DNA of 64,000 nucleotides from a plasmid: sequence record NZ_CP022071.1; one strand, 5' to 3'. Shown piece by piece: positions 47,772 to 58,049 of this stretch (position 1 is its first letter; each line of letters starts with the position of its first letter). The notes under the pieces were generated by a model. It saw only the letters and a program-made list of their open reading frames with translations, ran no database searches and was not told where the DNA came from. The position numbers and the translations under genes were made by a program.

Positions 47772-48497
47772 ATGCCCATAAATAGGCCTAATCTAAATCT
47801 AAACATCCCTCCTTTGAATATTGTAGCTGCTTATGATGGGGCGGAAATACCATCTACAAATAAGCACCTGAAAAATAATTTCAACTCCTTGCACAACCAA
47901 ATGCGGAAGATGCCGGTATCCCACTTTAAAGAGGCGCTGGATGTGCCTGACTATTCAGGGATGCGCCAGAGTGGTTTCTTTGCTATGAGCCAAGGTTTTC
48001 AGCTGAATAACCATGGTTACGATGTTTTCATCCATGCTCGTCGAGAATCACCTCAGTCTCAGGGCAAATTTGCCGGTGACAAGTTCCACATCAGTGTGCT
48101 CAGGGATATGGTGCCACAAGCATTTCAAGCGCTGTCCGGATTGCTGTTTTCAGAGGACAGTCCGGTAGATAAGTGGAAAGTGACCGATATGGAGAAGGTC
48201 GTTCAACAAGCCCGTGTTAGCCTGGGCGCTCAGTTCACGTTGTATATAAAACCAGACCAGGAAAATTCGCAGTACAGTGCGTCGTTTCTCCACAAGACAC
48301 GGCAATTTATAGAGTGTCTGGAATCCAGACTATCCGAAAATGGGGTTATTTCAGGACAGTGTCCTGAGTCAGACGTTCATCCTGAAAATTGGAAATATCT
48401 CAGTTATCGTAATGAACTACGAAGTGGGCGTGATGGTGGCGAAATGCAGAGACAGGCTTTACGTGAGGAACCGTTTTATCGTTTGATGACAGAGTAA
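47772..48497 (+). CDS. spvC: SpvC phosphothreonine lyase (type III effector)
   Basis: 241 aa, MPINRPNLNLNIPPLNIVAAYDG..., OspF/SpvC family. Confidence 0.9.
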   Translation: MPINRPNLNLNIPPLNIVAAYDGAEIPSTNKHLKNNFNSLHNQMRKMPVSHFKEALDVPDYSGMRQSGFFAMSQGFQLNNHGYDVFIHARRESPQSQGKFAGDKFHISVLRDMVPQAFQALSGLLFSEDSPVDKWKVTDMEKVVQQARVSLGAQFTLYIKPDQENSQYSASFLHKTRQFIECLESRLSENGVISGQCPESDVHPENWKYLSYRNELRSGRDGGEMQRQALREEPFYRLMTE

Positions 48498-48757
48498 GTA
48501 TGGGTTTGGGGAGCAACGGAACAGTAAACGCCGTTAAACAGCTATTTTAAATGCTCATTAATTTATTAATCAATAAATTACAAATTTTCATTGAAGGCTC
48601 CCCCCTTACTGACGAATTCCGGCACCGTAAAGGAATAACGCTCATGCATATTGATATGTCCGCACTGTAATGGTGAAAATTACATAAGCAAGAGCGTTTT
48701 TTGAAAAATATTATATTTAATGTTTTGTAATATGCATTTTATTGAGGTAGTGTAACT

Positions 48758-49408
48758 ATGAGAGTTTCTGGTAGTGCGTCATCCCAAGATATAATATCAC
48801 GTATAAATTCAAAAAATATCAATAATAATGATTCAAATGAAGTCAAGAGAATTAAAGATGCGCTTTGTATTGAATCAAAAGAGAGAATTTTGTATCCACA
48901 AAATTTGAGTCGAGATAATTTAAAACAAATGGCTAGATATGTAAATAATACATACGTCCATTACTCTGGGAACTGCGTTTTATTATCAGCGTGTTTACAT
49001 TATAACATACATCACCGACAGGATATATTAAGTTCGAAGAACACTGCCTCTCCTACAGTGGGATTAGACAGCGCCATTGTTGATAAAATCATTTTTGGTC
49101 ATGAGCTTAACCAATCATATTGTTTAAATTCCATCGATGAGGTGGAAAAAGAAATATTAAACCGTTATGACATTAAGAGGGAAAGTTCTTTTATCATTAG
49201 CGCAGAGAACTACATAGCTCCAATAATTGGCGAATGTAGACATGATTTCAACGCTGTGGTTATCTGTGAATATGATAAAAAACCATATGTACAATTCATT
49301 GATTCTTGGAAAACATCCAACATACTTCCTAGCTTACAAGAAATAAAAAAACACTTCTCATCATCAGGGGAATTTTATGTCAGGGCTTATGATGAAAAAC
49401 ACGATTGA
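48758..49408 (+). CDS. spvD: SpvD cysteine hydrolase effector
   Basis: 216-aa low-GC ORF directly after spvC. Confidence 0.85.
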   Translation: MRVSGSASSQDIISRINSKNINNNDSNEVKRIKDALCIESKERILYPQNLSRDNLKQMARYVNNTYVHYSGNCVLLSACLHYNIHHRQDILSSKNTASPTVGLDSAIVDKIIFGHELNQSYCLNSIDEVEKEILNRYDIKRESSFIISAENYIAPIIGECRHDFNAVVICEYDKKPYVQFIDSWKTSNILPSLQEIKKHFSSSGEFYVRAYDEKHD

Positions 49409-49534
49409 TAACTTTTTTAAATATTCATTTTATGAATGGTAAGTTAATAGAGAGCCTTAGCAAGATCCGCTGTAAACCCTCGCCCAATGCGGGCGGGGAT
49501 ATAAGGCGAAAAGCCCGAAGGGCTTTAGGGCAGG

Positions 49535-49902
49535 CTACTCCGGCGTATTCTGTCTGAGCACGTATGCTTTAAGCGTTTCTATCGTGGCACCACCGGCGCT
49601 ACAGGCAAAGTAAGAACGAGACCACAGCAGCCCGGTTTTGCTCTGCATCCGCAAGTGGGTATTCTGCTGACGGAGAAGCCGCGACGATACCGACTTTAAA
49701 TTATTTACCATCACGCTGACCCCCAGTTTTAGCGGATACGCTATCAGCAGATGGACGTGATCTTGTTCACCATCCATCTCGATAATTTCGCACTCCAACT
49801 TTGCCGCAGCCGAACCAAAAGCATCACGTAACTGAGCGATAATCTGCCCGTCAAACAGCTTGCAGCGGTATTTTGTCGTAAAGATTAATGCACAACCAGC
49901 TT
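49535..49902 (-). pseudogene. 5'-truncated IS200/IS605-family tnpA (HuH Y1 transposase)
   Basis: ...TKYRCKLFDGQIIAQLRDAFGSAAAKLECEIIEMDGEQDHVHLLIAYP...WSRSYFACSAGGATIETLKAYV. The N-terminal ~20 aa, including the start codon, are missing; a stop lies directly upstream. Confidence 0.7.
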
Positions 49903-50015
49903 ACTTACACTATGCCGTTTACGAAGAAAGCCTTCCAGTGATTCGTGGTGATTACTCAATTGAATTTTTCACTTAACATGTTAAAATAAATACAATATAT
50001 TAATGAGCGCTGAAT

Positions 50016-50366
50016 ATGTTAAGAGCCACGAAAGTATGCATATATCCGACACCGGAACAGGCGGAGCACCTTAACGCCCAGTTCGGTGCAGTCCGTTTTG
50101 TGTACAGCAAATCTCTGCATATCAAGAAACACGCTTATCAACGACACGGCGTAAGTTTAACCCCGCGTAAAGACATTAAACCGCTTCTGGCTGTAGCGAA
50201 AAAATTCCGTAAATTCCGTAAATACGCATGGCTAAAGGAATATGACTCTATTGCGTTGCAACAGGCGGTGATCAATCTCGATGTTGCCTTTTCCAACTGC
50301 TTCAATCCGAAGCTAAAAGCCCGCTTCCCTATGTTCAAGCGCAAACACGGCAAGCTGTTGGGGTAA
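50016..50366 (+). pseudogene. N-terminal fragment of an IS605/IS1341-type TnpB (OrfB)
   Basis: MLRATKVCIYPTPEQAEHLNAQFGAVRFVYS... is typical of the TnpB N-terminus. It terminates after 116 aa, whereas full length is ~400 aa. Confidence 0.6.
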
Positions 50367-50432
50367 AAGTGCTGGATGGTGCGGTCAGAATCCCGAAAAT
50401 CCCGGTGATTGAAGCACAATTGCATCGTGAAA

Positions 50433-51466
50433 TTACTGGCACGTCACCTCCTGCTTACGGTACTCGAGGATAATGTCATTGTTACGGTCAGTCAGGTCGT
50501 AGCGGCTGCCCGCCAGGCTGCGCAGGGCGCCCACGGCATCCGGATCCAGCTGGCTGCGCAGGCTGTCACCAATGCGGTAACTCGCTTCTGCCCCGAAGCG
50601 GGTGTCATGCTCCCCGGCCTTGCCGGCGCGCTGCTCCGCGCTGAGCTTCAGCAGCGGCACCGGAGTCCAGCTGACCCCGGCGGTCAGGGCGTGCGGGTTC
50701 TTCTGCCGCTCATCCTTCCCGAACAGGCCCACTTCATTTCCGTAATACTGCTCATACACCATCTTCGCCCCGAGCTGCGGGTACGACGGCAGGTAGCCTT
50801 CAGCACGCAGGTCCCAGCCGCTGGCCGGACGCTCTTCGTAGTCCTCCACATCCGGGGAGGTTTTCCAGCCGGTCAGGCCGACATAGGCGTTGGCGGAAAG
50901 CTTAAGGAAGTCGCGCCAGTATTCTCCGCCGAAGCCGGCGCGGGCGTGGTCGCGGGAGAGGTCATAGTCGAGGAAGATGTTCGCCCCGAGCATGTCAGAC
51001 GGCCGGAAGTGACGGTAACCATCCCGGCGGCGGCCTGACCGTCCGGATGGCTGGCGAGGAAGCTGCCGGCCTGTGAGGCCATGCCGGCCATCTGCTGCGC
51101 CTGCGCGTCCTCATTTTCCCGGTCAGCAGCAAACGGACCGCGGGCGTCATGGCGGTTATTGTCACCTTTCCCGCCGGTCAGCGGGACCGCCGGCACGTCA
51201 AGCTCGTCGCCGGCCTGCAGGTGGTCAAAGCCGCGGGCGAAAGTGCGGAGCCCGTTCAGTTTTTTCAGCTGTGGGACGGTCAGGCCGTGCGCCTGCGCCA
51301 CCGTCTCCCCCTTTTTCAGGGTATAAGGCACGGTCCGGATCCCGGCGAGGGCGGCATCCCGGTCGGCAGAGAACGGGCTCTGCCCGATCCGGGACGCGAT
51401 GTCCGCCCGGGCCGTCATGGCCGGCGTGAGCGTTAAAACCAGCGGTGTGGTGGCCTGCATCCACAA
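50433..51466 (-). pseudogene. Decayed inverse autotransporter (intimin/invasin family): LysM region plus part of the beta-barrel, frameshifted and truncated
   Basis: ORF 50873..51466 carries a LysM motif (YTLKKGETVAQAHGLTVPQLKKLNGL). ORF 50433..50993, in another frame, carries beta-domain motifs (...DRNNDIILEYRKQ). The passenger domain is absent. Confidence 0.6.
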
Positions 51467-51515
51467 TGTGGCCCAGGTACACCCCGTCCACGCCGGGGAG
51501 TACAGGAGGATAATT

Positions 51516-52198
51516 TCATAGTGTCATGTCCGTATAATGAGAACGGTGTGTTACCGGAAGGTGCACGGGGTGATGTGCAGAAACGTTGTGGCTACCGGCG
51601 CCGGTCGTCCGGCTGCTGAAAAAGGGCGGCGACCCCGGGTGGAGCATCATGCTGTAGTGCGCCGCAGGGTCAGGCAGGCCGATCACCGGATTGGCCAGCA
51701 GCTCCAGGCGGTTCAGCGCGCTGCGGCGATGGCCGTAAAAGGTTTTGGGGCTGATGCCGAGCCGGGCGCCGTGCGCGCGGAGAGGCCGGCGAGCGTGGCA
51801 CACAGCGCCTGTCGCTCGCGCAGGGAGAGACTCTCCGTCGTCGCCTGCCGCCAGCCCCGCGCACGGCGCAGCCAGCTGCTGACCGCGGCCTTCAGCTGAG
51901 TCGCGGAGGCGGTGCGCGGCAGCAGGCAGTCCGGCCTGAGACCGAGGGTGTTCAGGAAGACAGCCTGTCCTCCTGAGCCCAGCAGCGCCAGTTTCAGGGA
52001 CAGTGATGTCCTGGCGTGATGGCAGGCCGGGACCAGCGATGCCAGCATGCCGGGAGAGGCCGCCAGCAGCACATGGCTGCCTGCCGGCGGCGCGGTCTGT
52101 AACCACCGGGCAACACTCATGTTCACGGGGTCCAGATGTGCGAGCAGGCGCGTCAGCGCCAGGCGGGTAAACTGACAGTCACTGACGATAATCAGCAT
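51516..52198 (-). pseudogene. LuxR/GerE-family regulator with a frameshift inside the HTH
   Basis: Frame A (51713..52198) runs to LSLRERQALCATLAGLS. Frame B (51516..52106) continues with ARLGISPKTFYGHRRSALNRLEL. GC content here is ~70%. Confidence 0.5.
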
Positions 52199-52680
52199 GA
52201 TGCCTCCCGGACCGGGCAGGCTGCCTGCCAGGCGGCTAGTTTTGCCGTATCACCGCCGGCCGGGCGGGACAGCAGCCAGTGCGCCATCTGGCGGTCATAC
52301 TGCCGGTCACTCACCTTCCCGCCCGGCCGGTCTGTCCGCTGCCGGCGGATGGTGTCCGGGCGGGATTCCACTGCCCGGATACGCACCACGAGCTGGGCGC
52401 GGCCTCCCCGCACGGGGTGCAGGCGGGAATCAAAGCAAATGTCGTCGTCATTGTGACGGTTACAGATGTAATTGAGGATACCGCTGGCACGGCGGGGCTC
52501 AATGCTGAACGCCTCGCTGACGTCATCGCGGGTAAACTCCCGGCCCAGAAACAGCCCCCACCAGGCCACGGCCCGGTACAGGGACAGGGTGCCCAGATGG
52601 CGGATGCCCGGGGGCATGTAAAACCCTTCATGGTTGCTCTGCCTGCCGGCAACGGTCCGGAATAACAACGGCTGGTTCAT
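52192..52680 (-). CDS. CaiF/GrlA-family transcriptional regulator-like protein
   Basis: MNQPLLFRTVAGRQ...LSLYRAVAWWGLFLGREFTRDDVSEAFSIEPRRASGILNYICNR fits the CaiF/GrlA HTH pattern (PLY..A.W...E.W..R.DI..AF.I..RRAS.I..YI). Confidence 0.45.
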   Translation of the reverse strand: MNQPLLFRTVAGRQSNHEGFYMPPGIRHLGTLSLYRAVAWWGLFLGREFTRDDVSEAFSIEPRRASGILNYICNRHNDDDICFDSRLHPVRGGRAQLVVRIRAVESRPDTIRRQRTDRPGGKVSDRQYDRQMAHWLLSRPAGGDTAKLAAWQAACPVREASC

Positions 52681-52719
52681 AGAAATGACTCCTGTGCGCA
52701 TAACTTAACCAAAGGCCGG

Positions 52720-53418
52720 CTGGCTTTTTTGCGTCAGCCGGAAATGAAACAGCCCGAAGGGCATCGGGGCGCCGCAGTGCCAGCCCTGCAGGTAATCGCC
52801 CCCCGCGTCCCGCAGGCGCGCCGCCTGCGCCGGGGTCTCGATACCTTCGGCAATGACCCGGGCCCCCTAGCACCGGGCCAGACTGACGGTGCGCGCAATC
52901 ATCCGATCAGCCACCGTGCTGGCGGGACCGGCATGACCGGTGCCGAAGTCGTCCACGGCGAACCGCAGCCCCCCGGCGGCAAGCTGGCGGAATACCGCCG
53001 CCTGAGGAAAGGCGCGGATATCTTCCCGCTCGGTGATTTCAAAGACGGGGGTCATGCCGGCCTGCTCCAGCCGGATGCTGAGGGCCAGCAGGTGCGGACG
53101 GAAAAGCGGCGTCATAACCAGGCTCAGGCTGAGATTCAGCGTCATCATCAGCCTGCGGCCGGCACTGCGGGCAAGGTCCTGCCCGTCCCCGCAGACCTCG
53201 TCGGCCAGTCCGCGCAGCAGCGCTCCGCCGAGGCCGGTGGCTTCAATGGCGGGAATAAAGTTCCCGGCGCTCAGCAGGCCCTTCTGCGGATGCAGCCAGC
53301 GGGCCAGCATTTCGCAGCCCACCACCTCCCCTCCTGTGGCGCAGACAATGGGCTGATAAAACGGCGTAAACTCCCGGTTCCGGATGGCCTGTTGCAGGCG
53401 AAAGGCTGAAAAATGCAT
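52720..53418 (-). pseudogene. EAL-domain (c-di-GMP phosphodiesterase) gene remnant with multiple frameshifts
   Basis: Motifs FYQPIV, EITE and DDFGTG are in ORF 52867..53418. VIAEGIETPAQAARLRDAG and DYLQGWHCGAPMPF lie in two other frames downstream. Confidence 0.55.
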
Positions 53419-53426
53419 ACACGTCT

Positions 53427-54209
53427 CTATGAACCTCCTTTGAGCATAGCCACTGCATCAGCACCCGGCATCTGAAACTGCACCCGGTGTCGTGCGGCAA
53501 CATCAAGCGCAAACACTTTCGTGTACACTTCCGTCGAGCTCACCGATTTGTGTCCCATCAGCGCCTGCAGCACCTTCAGCGGTATGCCGGCGTACAGCAT
53601 GTGCATCGCATAGGAGTGGCGGAATGTATGGGGTGTCACCGGGACTGAGAACGTCACGTCGTCAGCCGCTGCGGCCTCAACCGCCTCCCCAATCCAGGTA
53701 CGGACCGTCCGGTCGGTGATCTCCCAGAGGCGCGCCTTTTCCGTTCTGCCGGTACGTCTGTTACGACGCTCCAGCGGGATTTTCAGCGTGGCCACCATCA
53801 TCTGCAGTTCGCTGACATACTGGTTATCAGAAAGCGGCACCAGGCGGTGGGGCTGGCTGCCGGACGGCATCCGTCCTGCCGTTCTGGCCGCCTTTTCCGC
53901 CCGCTGTTTCAGAGTGGCCAGCTGCACAAACGGATAAGGTGGTGCCAGCGAAAAGTCTCCCCGTGTCAGGGCCAGCGCCTCGTTAATCCGTGCGCCGGTA
54001 TTCCATAGAGTGGCCAGCAGCATCCTGCGATGCAGATCAGGGACGTAGTGGAGCAGGGCACTTACCTCCGGTGCCAGCAGATATTTCGGGTAGTCGTCAT
54101 GCTGCATTGCCATCTGGCGCAGTGCGAGGGCCGCCGGGTAATCAATGGCCACCGGCAGCAGGGCGGACGCTGCCTGCGTACAGACAGCAGGTAACGGTGG
54201 CTGACTCAT
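53427..54209 (-). CDS. FimB/FimE-like tyrosine site-specific recombinase
   Basis: 260 aa with a C-terminal catalytic region HTFRHSYAMHMLYAGIPLKVLQALMGHKSVSSTEVYTKV (R..H..Y). Confidence 0.8.
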   Translation of the reverse strand: MSQPPLPAVCTQAASALLPVAIDYPAALALRQMAMQHDDYPKYLLAPEVSALLHYVPDLHRRMLLATLWNTGARINEALALTRGDFSLAPPYPFVQLATLKQRAEKAARTAGRMPSGSQPHRLVPLSDNQYVSELQMMVATLKIPLERRNRRTGRTEKARLWEITDRTVRTWIGEAVEAAAADDVTFSVPVTPHTFRHSYAMHMLYAGIPLKVLQALMGHKSVSSTEVYTKVFALDVAARHRVQFQMPGADAVAMLKGGS

Positions 54210-54243
54210 GTCCTCTCTCCGTTAAGTGAAATATTCCGGGACA

Positions 54244-54765
54244 TCATGTTTTTTCCCCGGAGTCATCTCTGGTTTCAGTCTGAACCCTGTATAAAGGATA
54301 CCAGTCGCCGCTGTGACGGTTCTGCCGTTCGGCCACCGGTGTCATGGCCGCAATCGTGGCACGTGAGTAACCCGCTTTCAGCAGCGCCGTACGGGTCAGC
54401 AATTGTTTTCCCGGATCGGTCGCGGGCGTGGCGAGCCGTAGCGGATAGAGTGCGCGCAGCCGTTCCGCTTCTGAAGCGTGATACAGTGGCCAGCCCTGAC
54501 GACGTCCGACATAGGCCGCGCAGGCGCGAAGTTCGTTACGAAACCAGGTGTCGGCCGGAAACCAGCTCGCCGGATGCAAATCCGCAGGTATATCCCGGGA
54601 GCCGGCGTACACCGTCGTGAACCGCTCTTCCGGCGTCAGCAGGGACACGGATTTTCCGAAAAAGACCTGTGCAAACTGTTCTGTCGTCTCCCTGACCGGC
54701 AGGGCATCCGATGCCGGACTGAGACCGGTGGATTCAGTATCCGGACAGATGCGTGACCGTGTCAT
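54244..54765 (-). CDS. Hypothetical protein
   Basis: 173-aa ORF downstream of ccdB. Its start overlaps the stop of ORF 54762..55052. Confidence 0.4.
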   Translation of the reverse strand: MTRSRICPDTESTGLSPASDALPVRETTEQFAQVFFGKSVSLLTPEERFTTVYAGSRDIPADLHPASWFPADTWFRNELRACAAYVGRRQGWPLYHASEAERLRALYPLRLATPATDPGKQLLTRTALLKAGYSRATIAAMTPVAERQNRHSGDWYPLYRVQTETRDDSGEKT

Positions 54766-55052
54766 GAGGTGGTGTTCTCCCTGTCAGTACGCAGTCGCCA
54801 GACCGTCCCGCCGAACTCCGTTCCCCCGAGGGTCTGTGTCCAGGTTTCCTCGCAGACCAGCCACTTCTGTACCACCGCAAAATCCACATGACAGAGTGGG
54901 GTATCCCCGCGTTCACCGGGGGTTTCCAGCACAAGCCCGTCCGGAACGATCGGAGAGGGCGTACCCGCCAGTCTGGCGGAGCGGCGCCAGAAACTCCGCA
55001 CACAGCCGCCCTGACGTAGACTACTGAGCAGCACCTGTTCGCTGACACGCAT
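54762..55052 (-). CDS. Hypothetical protein
   Basis: 96-aa ORF immediately downstream of ccdB. Confidence 0.35.
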   Translation of the reverse strand: MRVSEQVLLSSLRQGGCVRSFWRRSARLAGTPSPIVPDGLVLETPGERGDTPLCHVDFAVVQKWLVCEETWTQTLGGTEFGGTVWRLRTDRENTTS

Positions 55053-55053
55053 A

Positions 55054-55359
55054 TCAGATCCCCCGGAACATCAGGTTAATGGCGTTTTTGATATCGTTCT
55101 CCCGGAGGCTGAGATCGGCCACCTCTTCCCCGATGACGGTGGCCGGCACACTGGTCATATCCGTGGTCAGCAGGCGGTAAGGCTCATCCCCGATATGCAT
55201 CACCGGGTAAAGATCGCGGGGAACCTTTTCCGACAGCAGACGGGCGCTGACCAGCGGGACAGCCATCCGCCGTCCGGGGGTGTCAATGATGTCGCTCTGC
55301 ACGTCCACAAACAGCCGGTAGCGACTCTCCCTTTTACAGGTGTAAACCTTAAACTGCAT
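55054..55359 (-). CDS. ccdB: CcdB gyrase-poison toxin
   Basis: [32 protein letters not shown]...NLMFRGI; 101 aa, about 90% identical to F CcdB. Confidence 0.9.
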   Translation of the reverse strand: MQFKVYTCKRESRYRLFVDVQSDIIDTPGRRMAVPLVSARLLSEKVPRDLYPVMHIGDEPYRLLTTDMTSVPATVIGEEVADLSLRENDIKNAINLMFRGI

Positions 55360-55360
55360 A

Positions 55361-55579
55361 TCACCAGTTCCTGTTGTCGTCAGCAAACGATCCGTTAGCC
55401 TCTATAAAGCTGGCCACCTCAGCCATACCTTCCCGATTTTCTTCCTGCCAGCGTTCGGCTCGCAGACGGCGGGCTTCGTTCTGCATGGTCGTACTGACCA
55501 GACCGGAGATATTCACGTCGTATGCCTTGAGCAGCTGATAGCTGTCGCTGTCCACTGTCACTGTAATTCGCTGCTTCAT
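55361..55579 (-). CDS. ccdA: CcdA antitoxin
   Basis: [44 protein letters not shown]...; 72 aa. Confidence 0.9.
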   Translation of the reverse strand: MKQRITVTVDSDSYQLLKAYDVNISGLVSTTMQNEARRLRAERWQEENREGMAEVASFIEANGSFADDNRNW

Positions 55580-56287
55580 GATTCACCTCTTTTTTACATA
55601 CTTCAGGTATGCAATTAAGTATACATTCCGATGAAGCAAAAATCTGCCACGCATTGTGAATACTGTTAACCAGCTTATAGTGACTGAGTTAACTGTTCGC
55701 CGCCATTATCTACATATCTCTTATATGTATTTTCTCGTGCATTTTACTGATGCATGTTTTCAATCCTTAAAACGCATACTGTTATCACGCTATTAGTAAA
55801 TCACTCATCTTTTTCATAATGAAACTTTAACCACATGCAATTACAATCCAACTTATAAAAACGTAACGGAATTACAGGACGGCTATTTTCAGGTGATCCG
55901 ATTTTTTGTCTATTCACGACTTTCCGGAAGTGTACCACGGTCAGGGAATAAGCAAAGCGGTCTTTTCTGCCCTGCGCGCCGGGTCACAGGGAAGGGGTAT
56001 AACACAACATCTGGTAGCAACAGCAGATGACTGAGCCGCTACATCTTGTGTTACCGGGTCGCGGCGCACCGGTGAGGATAAAGAAGATCCGGGACTACCT
56101 TTTTTCGGATCTCAGGTGAAAGGGGAAGACACAAAATAGGCAAATCACATAATCATTAACAAATCAATACACAAAATTAAAATTAGCACTTTTTGCAAAA
56201 ACTGATAGCACAAATTGCTAAAGTGGGTTATATTTCATCCGTCGTCCACATCACGTGGCCATTCCACCTACTTGTAAGGAGATTTTC

Positions 56288-56776
56288 ATGAACACAGCAT
56301 TACTTGCTCCATTTATCTCAATTGCATTATCTGGAGTGGGCGTTTATACCCACTATTACTTTAAGAAATATCAGGCTTCCATGGATCAGTGCCAAAAGGT
56401 CCACAAAATGATGGTAGATACACTGCTCGGTACCAAAAGACTGTTCAGCCGGAGCGCCCCCGCGCAGGCGCTTAAATCAGAACTGAGAATCATGCAGCAG
56501 CAACTCTCTCAGGAGGCTCAAAAACTGGATAAAATGACGATACGCCTTCCGTTAAAGCGTCTGCAACGGGAACAACGTCATATTTTGAGGCATGCTGACT
56601 GGTTATTACATTATCTCGATTCGCATCTGGCAGATAATGAAGGGAAATTTTTTCTGTTCCTGCATGACTTGGCGATGGATAGCGATGATAAAGTCCTGGA
56701 TTTCCTGACGTCATTACATGACACAAAGAGATTCAGAAATCGCCGTCTGCAAACTGGATCAACTACCTGTCCCTGA
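56288..56776 (+). CDS. Hypothetical membrane-anchored protein
   Basis: MNTALLAPFISIALSGVGVYTHYYF (TM segment), then a helical, charged region. Confidence 0.4.
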   Translation: MNTALLAPFISIALSGVGVYTHYYFKKYQASMDQCQKVHKMMVDTLLGTKRLFSRSAPAQALKSELRIMQQQLSQEAQKLDKMTIRLPLKRLQREQRHILRHADWLLHYLDSHLADNEGKFFLFLHDLAMDSDDKVLDFLTSLHDTKRFRNRRLQTGSTTCP

Positions 56777-57259
56777 GAGGGGACAGGTAAACGTAAATAT
56801 ATAACCGGTATTAAAAGAGTTATTTGGACATCACATATGGCATACGTCTGGCCTCTTCTAATTCATACAGTTCACGTACCTGAGCCATTTTCTCTGCTGT
56901 AGGCTCAGGTTAATTTTCAAAAGATGCCTCAAAACGTTTTCCAACTGACTGCAGGGAAACGCTGTCTGTTCTGGCGGTCTTAAGATTGGTATAAACAAGG
57001 CACGCAAGAGGCTTGGTTAATTCCTTCTATTCCATAAATTGCCTGAAAATCCAGAAATAAATATTAACCCGTTCTAACCCTGCACTTTGCGTACCCGACT
57101 GGAAAATAAGTGGTTCAGCTGGCATGTTTGTCATATTCATAACGAGCAATCCTGGTTCAGGTTCCCACGGTTGTTCGCGAATATTGAAATAAAACTCGTT
57201 CAGTTCCCGTTAGGAGGAATTAAACTGTAACTGCTGATCCACAATGATGGTTCCGGCAG

Positions 57260-57556
57260 ATGGATGCTGAATTTCAGAAACAGGGGCTCACCGACCTAAC
57301 AGAAACAGATCTGCAGGCCGTTGTAACTCCCGGGGAGACACTCCGGTTACTGCCGACACTGGCGCGGTTACTGCATGTTTTGCGAGAAAAACCAGAGGCC
57401 TTCTCCCTCTCAGCAGCTTCATACGAAGAAGATACTTCCTCAGCTTTGAAAACACTGCTGGTCCGTACAGGATTCACAATACACCAGATAAGAGAAATGC
57501 GACTTCACCTTATTCGCTGGCAATTAATAAGTCAGGAAGAGTATGACCGGGAATAA
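57260..57556 (+). CDS. Hypothetical protein
   Basis: 98-aa ORF upstream of repA. Confidence 0.35.
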   Translation: MDAEFQKQGLTDLTETDLQAVVTPGETLRLLPTLARLLHVLREKPEAFSLSAASYEEDTSSALKTLLVRTGFTIHQIREMRLHLIRWQLISQEEYDRE

Positions 57557-57799
57557 GCCCGCGAACCGGCAAGGAAGCGCAAAAAAACAGAAGTTAAAGG
57601 AAGCAGATACGCACTGGAGTCACAGCAAGTGATTATTGAAAAACTATACGAATTACCTTGTCGGTCAGCAGGTTATCCACATATACAGTCACTCGATCCA
57701 GTAATAAGATCCTTACAACGATCCCTGTTAGATCAAAAGAAGATCCCGACTCTTCTAAAGGCCGCGTCAGTACTGGGCCTGGAGGATGATCACCTAAAC

Positions 57800-57960
57800 T
57801 GTAGCATGTTAATCATAAGCTGTAACTGGTAAACAATAAGCTGTATTATGCAAAGGATATACTGTAATGAGTTAGTAATATAAACTACAATGAGTATGTT
57901 CCCCTGAAACTTCTTCAGGGCTGTGTATAAGCTGAAGCAAGTTGTTTAGCACCTTTCAGG
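57800..57960. repeat. Upstream RepFIB iteron / origin region
   Basis: Related ~20-bp repeats (gtaaacaataagctgtattatg, ctgtaatgagttagtaatataaactacaatgagtatg, tgtgtataagctgaag). Confidence 0.4.
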
Positions 57961-58049
57961 CTATAACATGAAAACAGTGGCTGCTTTTATTCTTAAACTA
58001 TCCACCGATCGGAGGCGCTCTGGACAAGGACAATCTGGACATAAAAAAG

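Noticed and set aside
51073-52475. Numerous overlapping ORFs on both strands (51073..51429, 51149..51436, 51537..51899, 52197..52475, ...)
   Set aside because: ~70% GC DNA yields open frames in all six phases. Only frames with recognisable motifs (LysM, LuxR HTH, CaiF-like, EAL) were kept.
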